64,000 nt of DNA. It comes from Candidatus Woesebacteria bacterium RBG_16_42_24. Lineage in GTDB: Bacteria; Patescibacteriota; Microgenomatia; UBA8517. Shown piece after piece: positions 48,414-58,388 of this stretch. A program made the translations under genes and the position numbers. A model generated the notes under the pieces. That model had not been told where the DNA came from. It saw nothing but the letters and a program-made list of their open reading frames with translations, and did no database searches. The DNA lies in assembly GCA_001792115.1 (NCBI GenBank), contig MGFX01000001.1, positions 304,705 to 368,704 of the forward strand, written 5' to 3'. Numbering within the stretch: the first letter of the stretch is position 1; every line of letters begins with the position of its first letter.

Positions 48414-49336
48414 AGCTGACCCAGAGAGAATTTCTTTACGGCCTTATCGTTTCATTCTTTTTGATAGCAAGTTCGGCCCTCGCATTGTCCAAAAAAGAGA
48501 TTAATGTAGCCCCTTTACCCCAAAAGCCCTTAACCACCGTCTATTCCTCCCTTCCGGTGCTCGCCGAAAAAGGGGAGTTTCCAATACTTTCCGCACAGTC
48601 AGCCCTAGCGGTTGATTTGGCCTCGGGAGTAGTCCTATATGAGAAAAATCCTGATACGCCTTACTTACCGGCTTCAACCACTAAGATTATTACGGCTTTA
48701 GTTGCGATGGATTATTACCCGATGGATGCAGTTCTTACGGTTGACAGAATCGGAGTTGCTGGTCAAAAAATGGGATTGGTTGCTGGTGAGCAGATTAGTG
48801 TAGCAAGTCTTCTTGACGGCCTTCTTATTTTTTCTGCTAACGACGCGGCCGAAGTTTTGGCAGATAACTTTCCCGGTGGGAGGGAAGAGTTTGTTGAGGC
48901 CATGAATATTAAAGCCGAGAGGTTTAATTTGGATAATTCCTATTTCACAAACCCTACTGGTTTGGATGGAGACTCTCAAGTGGCAACAGCAAGAGACTTA
49001 ATAAGAATTGCTGAAATTGCAATGAGAAATGTCAAATTCGCAAGAATTGTCGGTACTAAGGCAAAAATTGTAACCAGTGTGGACGGGAGAATTGTCCACA
49101 AGCTGACAAATATTAACGAGCTTATAGGTGAGGTTCCGGGAGTTTTTGGGGTTAAAACCGGCTGGACGGAAAATGCCCGTGAGAATCTAGTTACTTATAT
49201 CGAACGCGACAAAAGGCGCGTAATGATTACAATAATGGGTAGCCAAGATAGATTTGGGGAAACAAAGGAACTCATTAGTTGGATTTTTGAAAATTATAAG
49301 TGGGAGGAAGTAAAGTACCCCACTCACTCTCCGTAA
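48410..49336 (+). CDS. D-alanyl-D-alanine carboxypeptidase (PBP5/6-like serine peptidase)
   Basis: Signal peptide, SxxK (ASTTK), SxN (SAND) and KTG motifs. 308 aa. Confidence 0.8.
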   Translation: MKLTQREFLYGLIVSFFLIASSALALSKKEINVAPLPQKPLTTVYSSLPVLAEKGEFPILSAQSALAVDLASGVVLYEKNPDTPYLPASTTKIITALVAMDYYPMDAVLTVDRIGVAGQKMGLVAGEQISVASLLDGLLIFSANDAAEVLADNFPGGREEFVEAMNIKAERFNLDNSYFTNPTGLDGDSQVATARDLIRIAEIAMRNVKFARIVGTKAKIVTSVDGRIVHKLTNINELIGEVPGVFGVKTGWTENARENLVTYIERDKRRVMITIMGSQDRFGETKELISWIFENYKWEEVKYPTHSP

Positions 49337-50370
49337 TAATCCGAAGTAACCGCGGGGACGTAAGCGACAAATCCATTGTCTCCCTCAAAAACTACGATTG
49401 GTTGATAGAAGTCAGAGGCAACCGGCGGGTCGTAGTAGGCAAGGTAAATGCGTCTTATGACTATATTCCCACTCTCGTTTTGACCGAGTTTGGCGACATA
49501 ACCAGCCTTGGCCTTTAGTTCATCAAGCGCCTGCTGCCCGGTTTTTATCGGGTAGGTTGCAAATTTCGTCGGGTCAACTTTGAAGTAATGATATTCTCCA
49601 CCCACCATATTTTGTCCGGCGCCGCTTACTATAAACCAGACATTTGCCTCGTCGGGGGTTAAAGTAAGTGCCGGAAGTTCATCGTAGTCTTTTCTGAAGA
49701 GATTAACCTTGATGAGATTTGCATCAGAGAGAGATAGGGCTGAGATAAATTTTCCGCCCTCGATTCTTAAAAATTCGTGTTTGGTGGGGCCACCAAGATC
49801 CTCTGTTAAAAGTCCTCCGCGAGAGATGAAATTCCGGACTTGGGAGACGGCAATTTCAGGTACGGGGGGTCTCTTCTCAAGAATGGTTGGATCAGCTGCG
49901 ATGTCATAACTTAGCGAAAAAACGCCTGTAATGATGTTTATTTCAAGGCTTGACGGCGCGCTTCTATGGGGAAAGCGATAAAGTGTTTCTGAAGCTGGCT
50001 GCCCCTCCGGATTAAATCCCAGGCCAGAAACGGTCCTCTTGGTTTCCTCTAGATTTAGTTGAGTTTGTGAAGAACGGGGCATAAAGTAGACTTTTGCCTG
50101 ATTTGCGAGATCTTTGAAAGTTGGAACTTTGCCATCCGGAGTTTCGACGCCGTAGGTTAATTCCGGCAACCCCTGATTTTCTGGTAGAGAAAGCTTGGGG
50201 AGTTTCCCGAAAGCGACTGTAGCAGGAGGCGGAGGGGGAGGAAAAACTCTTTTATAAATATTTATAGCCAGGTCGAAAACTATCTTGCCAACTATCAAAA
50301 AAACCATGAAATAAAGGCCATAGCGGATAACTTTTCTGGCGATAATTGCGGTCTGGGTCAGGGAAGCCAC
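49324..50370 (-). CDS. hypothetical membrane-anchored extracytoplasmic protein with a poly-Pro linker
   Basis: 348 aa. One N-terminal TM helix, a PPPPPP linker, and beta-rich domains. Confidence 0.4.
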   Translation of the reverse strand: MASLTQTAIIARKVIRYGLYFMVFLIVGKIVFDLAINIYKRVFPPPPPPATVAFGKLPKLSLPENQGLPELTYGVETPDGKVPTFKDLANQAKVYFMPRSSQTQLNLEETKRTVSGLGFNPEGQPASETLYRFPHRSAPSSLEINIITGVFSLSYDIAADPTILEKRPPVPEIAVSQVRNFISRGGLLTEDLGGPTKHEFLRIEGGKFISALSLSDANLIKVNLFRKDYDELPALTLTPDEANVWFIVSGAGQNMVGGEYHYFKVDPTKFATYPIKTGQQALDELKAKAGYVAKLGQNESGNIVIRRIYLAYYDPPVASDFYQPIVVFEGDNGFVAYVPAVTSDYYGE

Positions 50371-50410
50371 GCTTTGAGTATAGCCTCGGGGGTGCTAAAA
50401 TTCAATCAGG

Positions 50411-51769
50411 ATGGATGATATTCGAACCCGTTTTGCCCCAAGCCCAACAGGCCCACTTCATATTGGGGGACTTCGTACCGCGCTTTATTCTTACGCCCTA
50501 GCGAAACACGACTCCGGCGATTTTCTGTTAAGGATTGAGGATACTGATAAAAAACGTGAGGTTCCGGGAGCTAAGGAGAAAATTCAAGAACTCCTTAGAG
50601 AGTTCGGTCTTATATGGGACGGGGAAGTAGTTATCCAATCAAAAAGAGTCGAAGAAGGGGTTTATAAGAAGCTGGCCGAGAAATTGGTTAGCGAAGGACA
50701 CGCCTTTTACTGCGATTGTAAAGCCAGAAACGCCAAAGAAGAGGGATATTCAAAAGACCTTCGCGACCCGTGCCGTGATAAAGGGAAAGCTAGCGGCGCA
50801 ATTAAACTGAAAGTTCCCGATGGAGAAAAAATCGCATTTACCGATTTTGTTTTGGAGAAGGAGGTTTTTTGGGACTCATCGACAGTTTCCGATACAACCC
50901 TTCTTAAATCCGACGGATTTCCCACCTATCACCTGGCGGTTGTAATTGATGATAATGACATGGGAATTACCCACGCCCTAAGGGGGCACGACTGGATGCC
51001 GTCAACCCCCATACACCTTTTAGTCTATAAATATTTGGGTTATAAATTACCCGAAATCGGGCACTTGACCGATATTTTAGATCCCGAGGGAGGAAAGTTA
51101 TCTAAAAGGAAAGGGAGTACCTCGGTTGAGGCACTCCTTAATGAAGGATATCTGCCCGAATCCATACTAAACTTTGTAATGCTCCTTGGCTGGGCGCCGA
51201 AAGACAATCGTGAACTTTTTAGCCTGCAAGAGTTTGTCAAAGCATTTGACCCCAAAGGTTTCCAAAAATCAAACCCGGTCTTTAACCGAGATAAACTTGA
51301 TTGGTTCAACGGACATTATATTCGTCAACTTGCAGCTGACGAATTAAACTCAAAACTCAAAGCTCAAAACTCAAAATTTGCAGGTTTGGACAAAGAAAAG
51401 CAATTCGCAATTTCAAATCTTGTTCGGGAAAGGATAAATAAGCTTTCGGATTTTGACGAGCTGGCTGGGTTTTTCTTTGAGGAAAGGAAACCTGACATTA
51501 AACTATTCGGACCTAAACATAGGGAGCACCTGCAATCCGCCAACGAAGTTTTAGAAAAAGTTGAGAATTGGGAAAAGGAAGAGATTGACCAGAAGCTTTT
51601 GACTCTAATTAAGGATAAAGAATTCAAAACAGGGGATTTTTTTATGGATTTAAGAGTTGCAATTTGCTCAAGTAAGATTACTCCACCAATAAACGATTCA
51701 GTTGTAATTTTAGGAAAAGAAGAAACAATAAGGAGAATAAGAAAAGTTTTATCTAGCTTGACGAACTGA
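50411..51769 (+). CDS. gltX: glutamyl-tRNA synthetase
   Basis: HIGH motif (PTGPLHIGG) and KMSKS motif (KLSKRKG). 452 aa. Contains an in-frame CTCAAAA repeat stretch (NSKLKAQNSKF). Confidence 0.9.
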   Translation: MDDIRTRFAPSPTGPLHIGGLRTALYSYALAKHDSGDFLLRIEDTDKKREVPGAKEKIQELLREFGLIWDGEVVIQSKRVEEGVYKKLAEKLVSEGHAFYCDCKARNAKEEGYSKDLRDPCRDKGKASGAIKLKVPDGEKIAFTDFVLEKEVFWDSSTVSDTTLLKSDGFPTYHLAVVIDDNDMGITHALRGHDWMPSTPIHLLVYKYLGYKLPEIGHLTDILDPEGGKLSKRKGSTSVEALLNEGYLPESILNFVMLLGWAPKDNRELFSLQEFVKAFDPKGFQKSNPVFNRDKLDWFNGHYIRQLAADELNSKLKAQNSKFAGLDKEKQFAISNLVRERINKLSDFDELAGFFFEERKPDIKLFGPKHREHLQSANEVLEKVENWEKEEIDQKLLTLIKDKEFKTGDFFMDLRVAICSSKITPPINDSVVILGKEETIRRIRKVLSSLTN

Positions 51770-51798
51770 CCAAGTAACGAATTAACGAATAACGATTT

Positions 51799-52767
51799 AT
51801 GGGAAAGCTGCCTACACAAACATATCACGAGATAGATGAGGAGAGAATTGATTTTGAGTTTCTTCGGAATAAATTAAAACTCAAGCAAATCGAAGCCAAA
51901 AGGGCTTTTTCAGAGAAATATCCCCACGCTATCAATTTTCTTCTAGAGAAAGGGGTTCAGCTTGAAAAAATTCGCGAACATTCGGCCAGGATTTTGGGTG
52001 CTGGGGCAATGGCTGGAAGCCTTCTTTTAACTCCTCCCTCTGGTACCAAAGCCCTTCCTCCCCCCCACGAGATAATAGAGAAAATTAAAGCAGCCCAAGC
52101 TGCGCCAATTACACCACCGCAAGAGATGCTGGTGGCTACACTTACAGAACATTTACCAGAAAAAACCCGACCCTTGAGCCGCGAAGAAGAAAAATATTTA
52201 GAGCGGATTTTTAATGAGGTTGTGGGAGTTTCGGCTAGGGCAACTCTCGAGGGGGAACACCTTAATACCACTTACGGACTAATTGGGGCGGAGCAGCACC
52301 TAAGGCTCTTTCCCGGGGACACAATAGCTAACCACAAGCCATATCTGAAAGAAGGAATAGCCCCGGGTCGCGGAGCTTGGGGTTTCTTTGCCCCATCGAA
52401 AACCGAGTTAACAGCCGATTTAGAAGAGAAAGAAAGATGGTATGCAGTAGTGCAGACTCTTTATTTGCCCGATTGGAATAAGCGTCAACCCTACTTAAAA
52501 AACTGGTATAAATATCGAAAGGTCCTAATGGTTAATAGTAAAAATGGTAACGCTGTGGTCGCGGCAGTTGCCGATTCGGGTCCGGCCGCTTGGACGGGCA
52601 AGCACTTTGGGGGAAGTCCGGAGGTTATGGAATATTTGGGAGGGCCAAGATATAAAAAGGGCCCGGTAATTGTATTTTTTGTGGATGACCCTGAAAATAA
52701 AATTCCCTTGGGGCCGGTGGAATATAATAAGATAAATATCGCAGGATTACCTGTAATGGAAATTTAA
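51799..52767 (+). CDS. RlpA-like double-psi beta-barrel (DPBB) domain protein
   Basis: C-terminal segment KVLMVNSKNGNAVVAAVADSGPAAWTGKHFGGSPEVMEYLG fits the RlpA/DPBB pattern (vNl.NGksvvvrvnDRGP...aa..LG). 322 aa. Confidence 0.45.
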   Translation: MGKLPTQTYHEIDEERIDFEFLRNKLKLKQIEAKRAFSEKYPHAINFLLEKGVQLEKIREHSARILGAGAMAGSLLLTPPSGTKALPPPHEIIEKIKAAQAAPITPPQEMLVATLTEHLPEKTRPLSREEEKYLERIFNEVVGVSARATLEGEHLNTTYGLIGAEQHLRLFPGDTIANHKPYLKEGIAPGRGAWGFFAPSKTELTADLEEKERWYAVVQTLYLPDWNKRQPYLKNWYKYRKVLMVNSKNGNAVVAAVADSGPAAWTGKHFGGSPEVMEYLGGPRYKKGPVIVFFVDDPENKIPLGPVEYNKINIAGLPVMEI

Positions 52768-52783
52768 TAATGACTAATTTCTA

Positions 52784-53110
52784 ATGTCAAAACTATACTA
52801 CGACCATTTAGTAGTTTTGGATGAGGTCGAAGCTGAGATTAAAAAATCTACCAAAACTTTGGAGGAAAAAGAGGAACTTTGGAAAGTGGTGGATGAAACT
52901 ATCCACCACAGGGTAATGGGATGTGTTCTTGATAAACTCCCCAGAGAGCACCACGAGGAATTTTTGCATAAATTTCATAAAGCACCCCACGATGAAAGTC
53001 TTATAGATTACCTAAAAGAAAAAGCCGGGGAAAATATAGAGGAGCTAATTCGCCAAGAAATAGGAAACCTCGCATTTGAGCTACTCCAGGAGATTCGAGG
53101 TAAGAAATAA
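52784..53110 (+). CDS. hypothetical protein, possible antitoxin partner of the downstream DUF4258 gene
   Basis: 108 aa, acidic. Its stop overlaps the downstream start (TAATG). Confidence 0.35.
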   Translation: MSKLYYDHLVVLDEVEAEIKKSTKTLEEKEELWKVVDETIHHRVMGCVLDKLPREHHEEFLHKFHKAPHDESLIDYLKEKAGENIEELIRQEIGNLAFELLQEIRGKK

Positions 53111-53463
53111 TGGACAAAAACTTCGGCGGAGTAATTTGGACAAACCACGCACTTGATAAACTTAGCGAGCGCGGAATTAAACAAGGGGACGCATGGGCGA
53201 CATTCAATCGGCCTGAACAATCGCGAGCAGGTAGCGCCAAAGGCTCATGGATATATTACAGAACATACCCCATTTCGTCGAGACTTCGAGGGGCAGGTGG
53301 AAATGAAAGGATAGAGGTTGTTGCGACCAAAAATGAAAAAGGGGAATGGGTTATTCTTTCCGTTTGGAGTCGGCCGGTATATGGAAGCCGGGGAGAGAGA
53401 GCAAAGTCAGAAAAGAGAGAACCTATTTGGAAAATGATGGTAAGGCAAATTTTGGGAAGATGA
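53110..53463 (+). CDS. DUF4258-like (putative toxin-family) protein
   Basis: 117 aa. WTNHALDKLSERGIKQ...IEVVATKNEKGEWVILSVW matches the DUF4258 pattern. Confidence 0.4.
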   Translation: MDKNFGGVIWTNHALDKLSERGIKQGDAWATFNRPEQSRAGSAKGSWIYYRTYPISSRLRGAGGNERIEVVATKNEKGEWVILSVWSRPVYGSRGERAKSEKREPIWKMMVRQILGR

Positions 53464-53576
53464 GCGAAGAATTTGAGGATTCATGTATGATAAGATGATA
53501 TATCATCATATCATCATCTTCGAATTAGTTAATTAAACTATATTTCTTCTAGTAAAACTAATAAAAAAAAGAGCTA

Positions 53577-53689
53577 GCGCCTGAGGGAAAAGATGAGTTT
53601 GGGAGTTGAATGTGGTTGCGACCACGGCTTAGTGTTGCTGGTCGCAAACACTTCAACTCTTCACTCGCCCTCAGGCGCCCTTTTCTTAT
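53577..53689. repeat. long imperfect inverted repeat (about 45-bp arms) forming a large hairpin at the low-GC/high-GC boundary
   Basis: Arm GCGCCTGAGGG...GAGTTGAATGTGGTTGCGACCAC pairs with GTGCTGGTCGCAAACACTTCAACTC...CCCTCAGGCGCC. The hairpin is followed by CTTTTCTT. Confidence 0.5.
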
Positions 53690-53729
53690 ACAGATTTGGC
53701 TTAGAGCCCTTTTGCGGAAGTTTTCTCTG

Positions 53730-54077
53730 CTAGACCAGGCGGTTCAGGAGTTCCACGATACCGAGGATCAGACCGACAAAGAACAATAGCCCACCGAGGG
53801 CCATTACGATCATTGCTCCGATATGGCCTCGAAAGAACGCAGAGAACCCCGAATTCCTGGAGGTGGAAAACACCCTCATCATGTTGAAGCCGGCGAAAAC
53901 GAAGGCACCAAAGCCGATGACGAATCCGCCTATGACAAGAACGAGCCAAGTGGACCTCGCGATCCTCCTCTTTCTGGGTTCGTGCTGAATCGGACAAGTC
54001 CGACCGATAACGGGGTCGGCGGTTAACCAGGGTTTGGTAACTTCCCGGTCAGCCTTGCGCGCATCAGTGCGACGCAA
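53730..54077 (-). CDS. hypothetical GC-rich small membrane protein
   Basis: 115 aa. Two C-terminal TM helices. Visibly higher GC than the neighbouring genes. Confidence 0.3.
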   Translation of the reverse strand: MRRTDARKADREVTKPWLTADPVIGRTCPIQHEPRKRRIARSTWLVLVIGGFVIGFGAFVFAGFNMMRVFSTSRNSGFSAFFRGHIGAMIVMALGGLLFFVGLILGIVELLNRLV

Positions 54078-54329
54078 GCCTGATATGAAGCCGAGGATCC
54101 TCCATAACCTCCGGTCTGACTGATGACAAAGTATCTGTCAAGTTCTTTGTTTGAAATCGTGTTGTCTCTGACAGCGGGCCAGAACACACCTGGATTATCC
54201 AGGTTTCGTACCAAGATCGGGTATTCCTTTTTGAAGTACTCCTGGACCGAGCTGTACATGTCAACCTCCCTGGTCGATAACGGGGTCCTTGTCAGCTTTC
54301 GCTGCCTATTGCAAGTGCTCAGCTCAAGA

Positions 54330-54551
54330 CTAGGGTAGAGCTGGGAATGCCGGCAAAGCACCAATCAGGAAAATGAAAGTACCTAACAGAAAGGTGATCA
54401 TTACCAAGATAGTGATTTTCGATTCCATGAAATGGAATGGTCTATCGAAAAATACTCTGCCCAAACCATAAATCAGGTAGGGTATGAACACGAAGACCGC
54501 TCCCATAACGAGTACCCCTCCAACATAAAACAAAATCTCAGAGATAGACAT
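54330..54551 (-). CDS. hypothetical small membrane protein
   Basis: 73 aa with two TM helices. Confidence 0.3.
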   Translation of the reverse strand: MSISEILFYVGGVLVMGAVFVFIPYLIYGLGRVFFDRPFHFMESKITILVMITFLLGTFIFLIGALPAFPALP

Positions 54552-54735
54552 TTCCCACCTCCATGGGATTGAGCAGGCATAGGTTGCCTTCGAATGGATA
54601 GCGCGCTGGACACTAAAAAAATGTCCACGGTGCTACCCACTCGAAACATATTTCCGCAACTTGTCAAAGTACAAGAAGCCCAAGTCTATCAAAAATCTTA
54701 TCCAAATTCAAGCTATGGGGTATTCTGACTCACCT

Positions 54736-55531
54736 AATGTACTTTGCAAGGCGAGGCCTTGCGAAGCTAAAACTAGTCGATTGCGAGTTCCGTAATAGAA
54801 GAATTTTTCGTAATAGAGCCCAATACGAATTTTTCGTAAGACAGATTCTTATTAGTTTTCGAAAAGAAAGTTAAAATATTTTTGGTATATAGCCATTTTG
54901 TAGTTCTTAATCTCAAGTATTCTGGTAAAGAAGACGGACAACTATTTAGAGTCCACAAGGCCTCGCCTTGATGAACATGGAGAGTTTGTCGTTTTGCTCC
55001 AATGGGATTTCTATGTATATAGGCCGAAAGATGTAGAAGTTGTTCATCGTTATCAACAAGTACAGCCTTATACACACCTTGGTAAAGTGGTCCCACTCGT
55101 TGATATTTACGATTAAAATACATAACATATCTTGTGTTGATTGAATTCATGAATTCATCGATTGCACCGCGCGATTTTTGCGATAAAAGTAGATGGAAGT
55201 GGTTAGGCATCAAACAGTAACAATGAAGCGTTATCTCTTGATAAAAATTATTGAGACGAAGTTCTTTAATTAATCTATCCTTTTCTCTCCATGTTGTAGA
55301 TAGTGCTGCTATCTTTTGTTGTATTGACTTTTCGTTTTTGGGTAAAAGGTAAGTTTTTAAATAAGACAGGAAAACCCCACTATCTTGTGTGTCGCAGAAA
55401 ATAACTCTTTTTTCTACACCGCGGTTATAGATATGGTAATAGCTATTTGAAACGTAATTCTTACGAGTGTTTTTTCCAGGCATATCGGTATAATATATTG
55501 AGTATTTTAATTTCGCAAGGCGAGGCCTTGT
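54736..55531 (-). mobile_element. IS200/RAYT-like element with flanking REP-like hairpins
   Basis: Hairpin GCAAGGCGAGGCCTTGC appears at 54745-54766 and again at 55513-55531. The complementary-loop variant CAAGGCCTCGCCTTG occurs inside the gene (about 54959-54973). Confidence 0.5.
54773..55483 (-). CDS. IS200/IS605-family / REP-associated tyrosine transposase (RAYT)-like Y1 HUH transposase
   Basis: HUH motif in HCYCLMPNHFHLLL and tyrosine motif AYIHRNPIGA (compare YIxNQ/YIHxNP). 236 aa. Confidence 0.75.
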   Translation of the reverse strand: MPGKNTRKNYVSNSYYHIYNRGVEKRVIFCDTQDSGVFLSYLKTYLLPKNEKSIQQKIAALSTTWREKDRLIKELRLNNFYQEITLHCYCLMPNHFHLLLSQKSRGAIDEFMNSINTRYVMYFNRKYQRVGPLYQGVYKAVLVDNDEQLLHLSAYIHRNPIGAKRQTLHVHQGEALWTLNSCPSSLPEYLRLRTTKWLYTKNILTFFSKTNKNLSYEKFVLGSITKNSSITELAID

Positions 55532-55563
55532 GATACTCGAGGCTTCAAGACGAGAGAGTATAA

Positions 55564-55953
55564 TTGGATGGAGATAAGGATATGAAAGGATTTAGCGGAA
55601 ATATCGAAGAATTAACCGAAAAGAACGAGTTTTTTCGCCAAGTTATTTTTACCGCTCCCCACAGTCAGCTTGTTTTGATGAGTCTAAAACCCAAGGAAGA
55701 AATTGGGGAAGAGGTCCACGACGTTGACCAGTTTTTTAGATTTGAAGAAGGGGAGGGAAAGGTGATTATAGACGGGGTGGAATCGGTGGTTAAAGACGGC
55801 TGGGCGGTAGTCGTTCCTGCGGGAGCCAGACACAATGTCATTAATACTTCCGAAACCCAGAGCCTAAAACTTTATACGATTTACTCTCCAGCTCAGCATC
55901 CGGAAGGTACGATTCATAAAACCAAAGAAGAGGCGCTTGCCGCGGAAGAATAG
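55564..55953 (+). CDS. cupin domain protein
   Basis: 129 aa. Cupin motifs (H...E...G and PAGARHNV). Confidence 0.65.
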   Translation: MDGDKDMKGFSGNIEELTEKNEFFRQVIFTAPHSQLVLMSLKPKEEIGEEVHDVDQFFRFEEGEGKVIIDGVESVVKDGWAVVVPAGARHNVINTSETQSLKLYTIYSPAQHPEGTIHKTKEEALAAEE

Positions 55954-55961
55954 GAGCATCG

Positions 55962-56240
55962 CTATCGGCCGAAGGCTTTTCTAAGTTCAACCTTGGCATC
56001 CTCAAGAATTTTTTTCTGTTTGGGCCCAAGTTTATTCCCAGCACGGTTAATGTAGAAATTAAGCATACTCATTGCCGAAGCATACGGCTCGGCCTTTCTT
56101 CTTAGGGAATTTTCTGCGGAGTTCTTAAGAGATTCGGCTATTTTTTTGGGGTTATCCCAAGTAAAAACTCCTTCTTCAAGGTCCAGGGCAATAGAGGTTT
56201 TGGTTACTTCTCCCGACCAGTTCTTTTTGCCGACTGTCAT
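55962..56240 (-). CDS. DUF3175-like protein
   Basis: 92 aa. SAMSMLNFYINRAGNKL motif. Confidence 0.45.
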   Translation of the reverse strand: MTVGKKNWSGEVTKTSIALDLEEGVFTWDNPKKIAESLKNSAENSLRRKAEPYASAMSMLNFYINRAGNKLGPKQKKILEDAKVELRKAFGR

Positions 56241-56308
56241 TCTTTAACTGCGAACCGTGGATTTATGGTGAGTTTTATCGAACCACAAGTTCGAACCTAT
56301 TTTATAAG

Positions 56309-56686
56309 TTATACTCCTCTTTCTAGCCGAACGTTTATAATCCTCGATCTAACAATAGGTTTATCATTCTTATCTACAAGAACAGCATAAATTTGATGAT
56401 CAACACCACCAAGGGTACAGCCTGTAAAGTTCCACTTACCGTCTTTTAGCGCTTTTCCTAAAGCCTGGGGGTAGTCTCTATCGGTTCTAATAACAATTAA
56501 AATTTTCCCCCTCCTGCTATCCTCAACTACTCCTGACACTATAATTTCTTTTTTGCTTTTTCCTAAATCTGTAAAGAAAGATTGATTATTAACTGGAGAA
56601 TCAATTTTAACTTCAGCGCTTTCTTTAACAGATTCCAACCACCCTTTATAACTTAAGTCAGGTGAGCGAAAATCTCCAATTGTCAT
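56309..56686 (-). CDS. hypothetical protein
   Basis: 125 aa ORF with no motif recognised. Confidence 0.35.
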   Translation of the reverse strand: MTIGDFRSPDLSYKGWLESVKESAEVKIDSPVNNQSFFTDLGKSKKEIIVSGVVEDSRRGKILIVIRTDRDYPQALGKALKDGKWNFTGCTLGGVDHQIYAVLVDKNDKPIVRSRIINVRLERGV

Positions 56687-56815
56687 TGTTCCTATTTTAC
56701 CAAATTAATGAGTCCTTAAGAAAGCTTATCTTCGCTACGGGCTATAGCACTGAGGGAGCGAAGCGAATCGAGGTGCTGGGTAGGTTGGCCTAGAACCGTT
56801 TGTGCCCATAAGCGC

Positions 56816-57652
56816 TTATATTATTCTGTTGCCGCCGCCAACGAAAAACCTCTGACCCGTAAGCCATCTTGCTTGTTCAGACGCCAGAAAAACCGCAACG
56901 TCAGCAATATCTTCCGGATGGCCAATTCTTCTTAAGGGATTATTTTGTGCGTTCGCTTCCTCCACTTTTTTTGACATCCATCCGGTCTGTATTGGACCAG
57001 GCCCAATAATATTTACTGTAATACCGTATTTCCCCAATTCTACAGCTGCTGCTCTACTAAAGGCTTCGGTCGCGGCCTTACTGGCACCATAGGAGATTTC
57101 TGTTGGAAAACAATCGGCCCAGTCTGTACTGATATTTATAATCCGACCCCAATTTGCTTTTCTTGAAACATGACGGCTAACAAACTCCTCCATCAAAAAC
57201 ACCGGAGCCGTCGTATTAACCGCAAAATGGCGCTCATATTCTTTCAGTGTAATGGGATCTGAAGTAGCACCTGTCTTTTTCTCGACAAAATTTCGTGGTT
57301 CAAAAGTGTCTGGATTACAATAAGCGGCATTATTTATCAAAATTTCTACCGGTCCAAAAACTTTCTCTGTTTTATCAAAGAGCTTTTTAATTACAGAAAA
57401 ATCAGTTAAATCTGCCTCCATTGCCTCAGCCTCTCTACCACTTTTACGAATTTCACTGACAACTCTGTCCGCGGATTGACTCTGATTTTTTATATAGGCA
57501 GATTCTCTCCACTTATCAATATTAGATGACCTTAAATAAGTGATGAAAACCTTAGCGCCTTGTTTGGCAAGAGCTTTAGCAATTGCCGCACCAATTCCAT
57601 GGTTGGCACCTGTAACCAAGACTACTTTATTTTTGAGAAGAGGATCTATCAT
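56816..57652 (-). CDS. short-chain dehydrogenase/reductase (SDR) family oxidoreductase
   Basis: TGANHGIGAAIA cofactor-binding motif and a YGASKAA catalytic Tyr/Lys pair. 278 aa. Confidence 0.85.
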   Translation of the reverse strand: MIDPLLKNKVVLVTGANHGIGAAIAKALAKQGAKVFITYLRSSNIDKWRESAYIKNQSQSADRVVSEIRKSGREAEAMEADLTDFSVIKKLFDKTEKVFGPVEILINNAAYCNPDTFEPRNFVEKKTGATSDPITLKEYERHFAVNTTAPVFLMEEFVSRHVSRKANWGRIINISTDWADCFPTEISYGASKAATEAFSRAAAVELGKYGITVNIIGPGPIQTGWMSKKVEEANAQNNPLRRIGHPEDIADVAVFLASEQARWLTGQRFFVGGGNRII

Positions 57653-57837
57653 ATTACTATTTTAACAGTTTTAATTATACAGTTTGCGCGAGAGCTGCGG
57701 GAATAAGTCTACTTTGACTTTTGTATGTTCCCTCGTGCTGCTACACTCGGGATCTCGGCAACGCCTTGCCTCGAGCTGAGCGGGCTATAGCCCCGAGCCC
57801 GGTCGAGGGGCCGGTCTAGGACCTATTGGGATCATGA

Positions 57838-58347
57838 CTATTTGGGTTCACTAAAGTAAAGAATTGTCAGTTCCCTACCGCAATAAATCGGAATATCTAA
57901 TGGTGAATGTTCGCACAGCATTCCTCCTAAGCCCCATCTAGACCGAATCCTACCATTTTCAGTTATCCTACCAAGATGAACCGTCGATCTGCTTCTGGTA
58001 TTGAAATAAATTGCTACATCACCTATTTTAGGGGAGTTTCTAATCTCCCAAGAGGAGATTACTTTTGTAAGAATATCTCTTGGATATATTGATGGTGGAA
58101 AAGCGGTTTCATAACAGCTCTCACCCACAGCGCTTTCTTTCTCAACAACTTCAATGCCCATTTTCCAAAGACCGGTGTAGTTATGAGCTGTAACAAGTTC
58201 ACTAATTGCATTTCTACGCGAATCTAGTTCTAAATCTGAAAATGCTTGTGTTTCTGTCATTTGCTGTGGGACTTGGATTCCCCATATAACTTTTACTTCT
58301 CGCCACGAACTTAGTTTGTGCGCTCGAAGAGCAAGCATACGGGGCAA
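57838..58347 (-). CDS. hypothetical protein
   Basis: 169 aa ORF adjacent to tRNA-Gln. Confidence 0.35.
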   Translation of the reverse strand: MPRMLALRAHKLSSWREVKVIWGIQVPQQMTETQAFSDLELDSRRNAISELVTAHNYTGLWKMGIEVVEKESAVGESCYETAFPPSIYPRDILTKVISSWEIRNSPKIGDVAIYFNTRSRSTVHLGRITENGRIRSRWGLGGMLCEHSPLDIPIYCGRELTILYFSEPK

Positions 58348-58388
58348 GCGAACCAGGATTAACAGGTTCTTGCCCGCTAGGGCCTGAG

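Noticed and set aside
42310-53505. Interpreting the two 23-nt repeats as attL/attR of an 11 kb island
   Set aside because: The enclosed genes (cca, recJ, rel, aspS, gltX and others) are core housekeeping genes with native composition. The repeat is more likely a REP/operator-type element.
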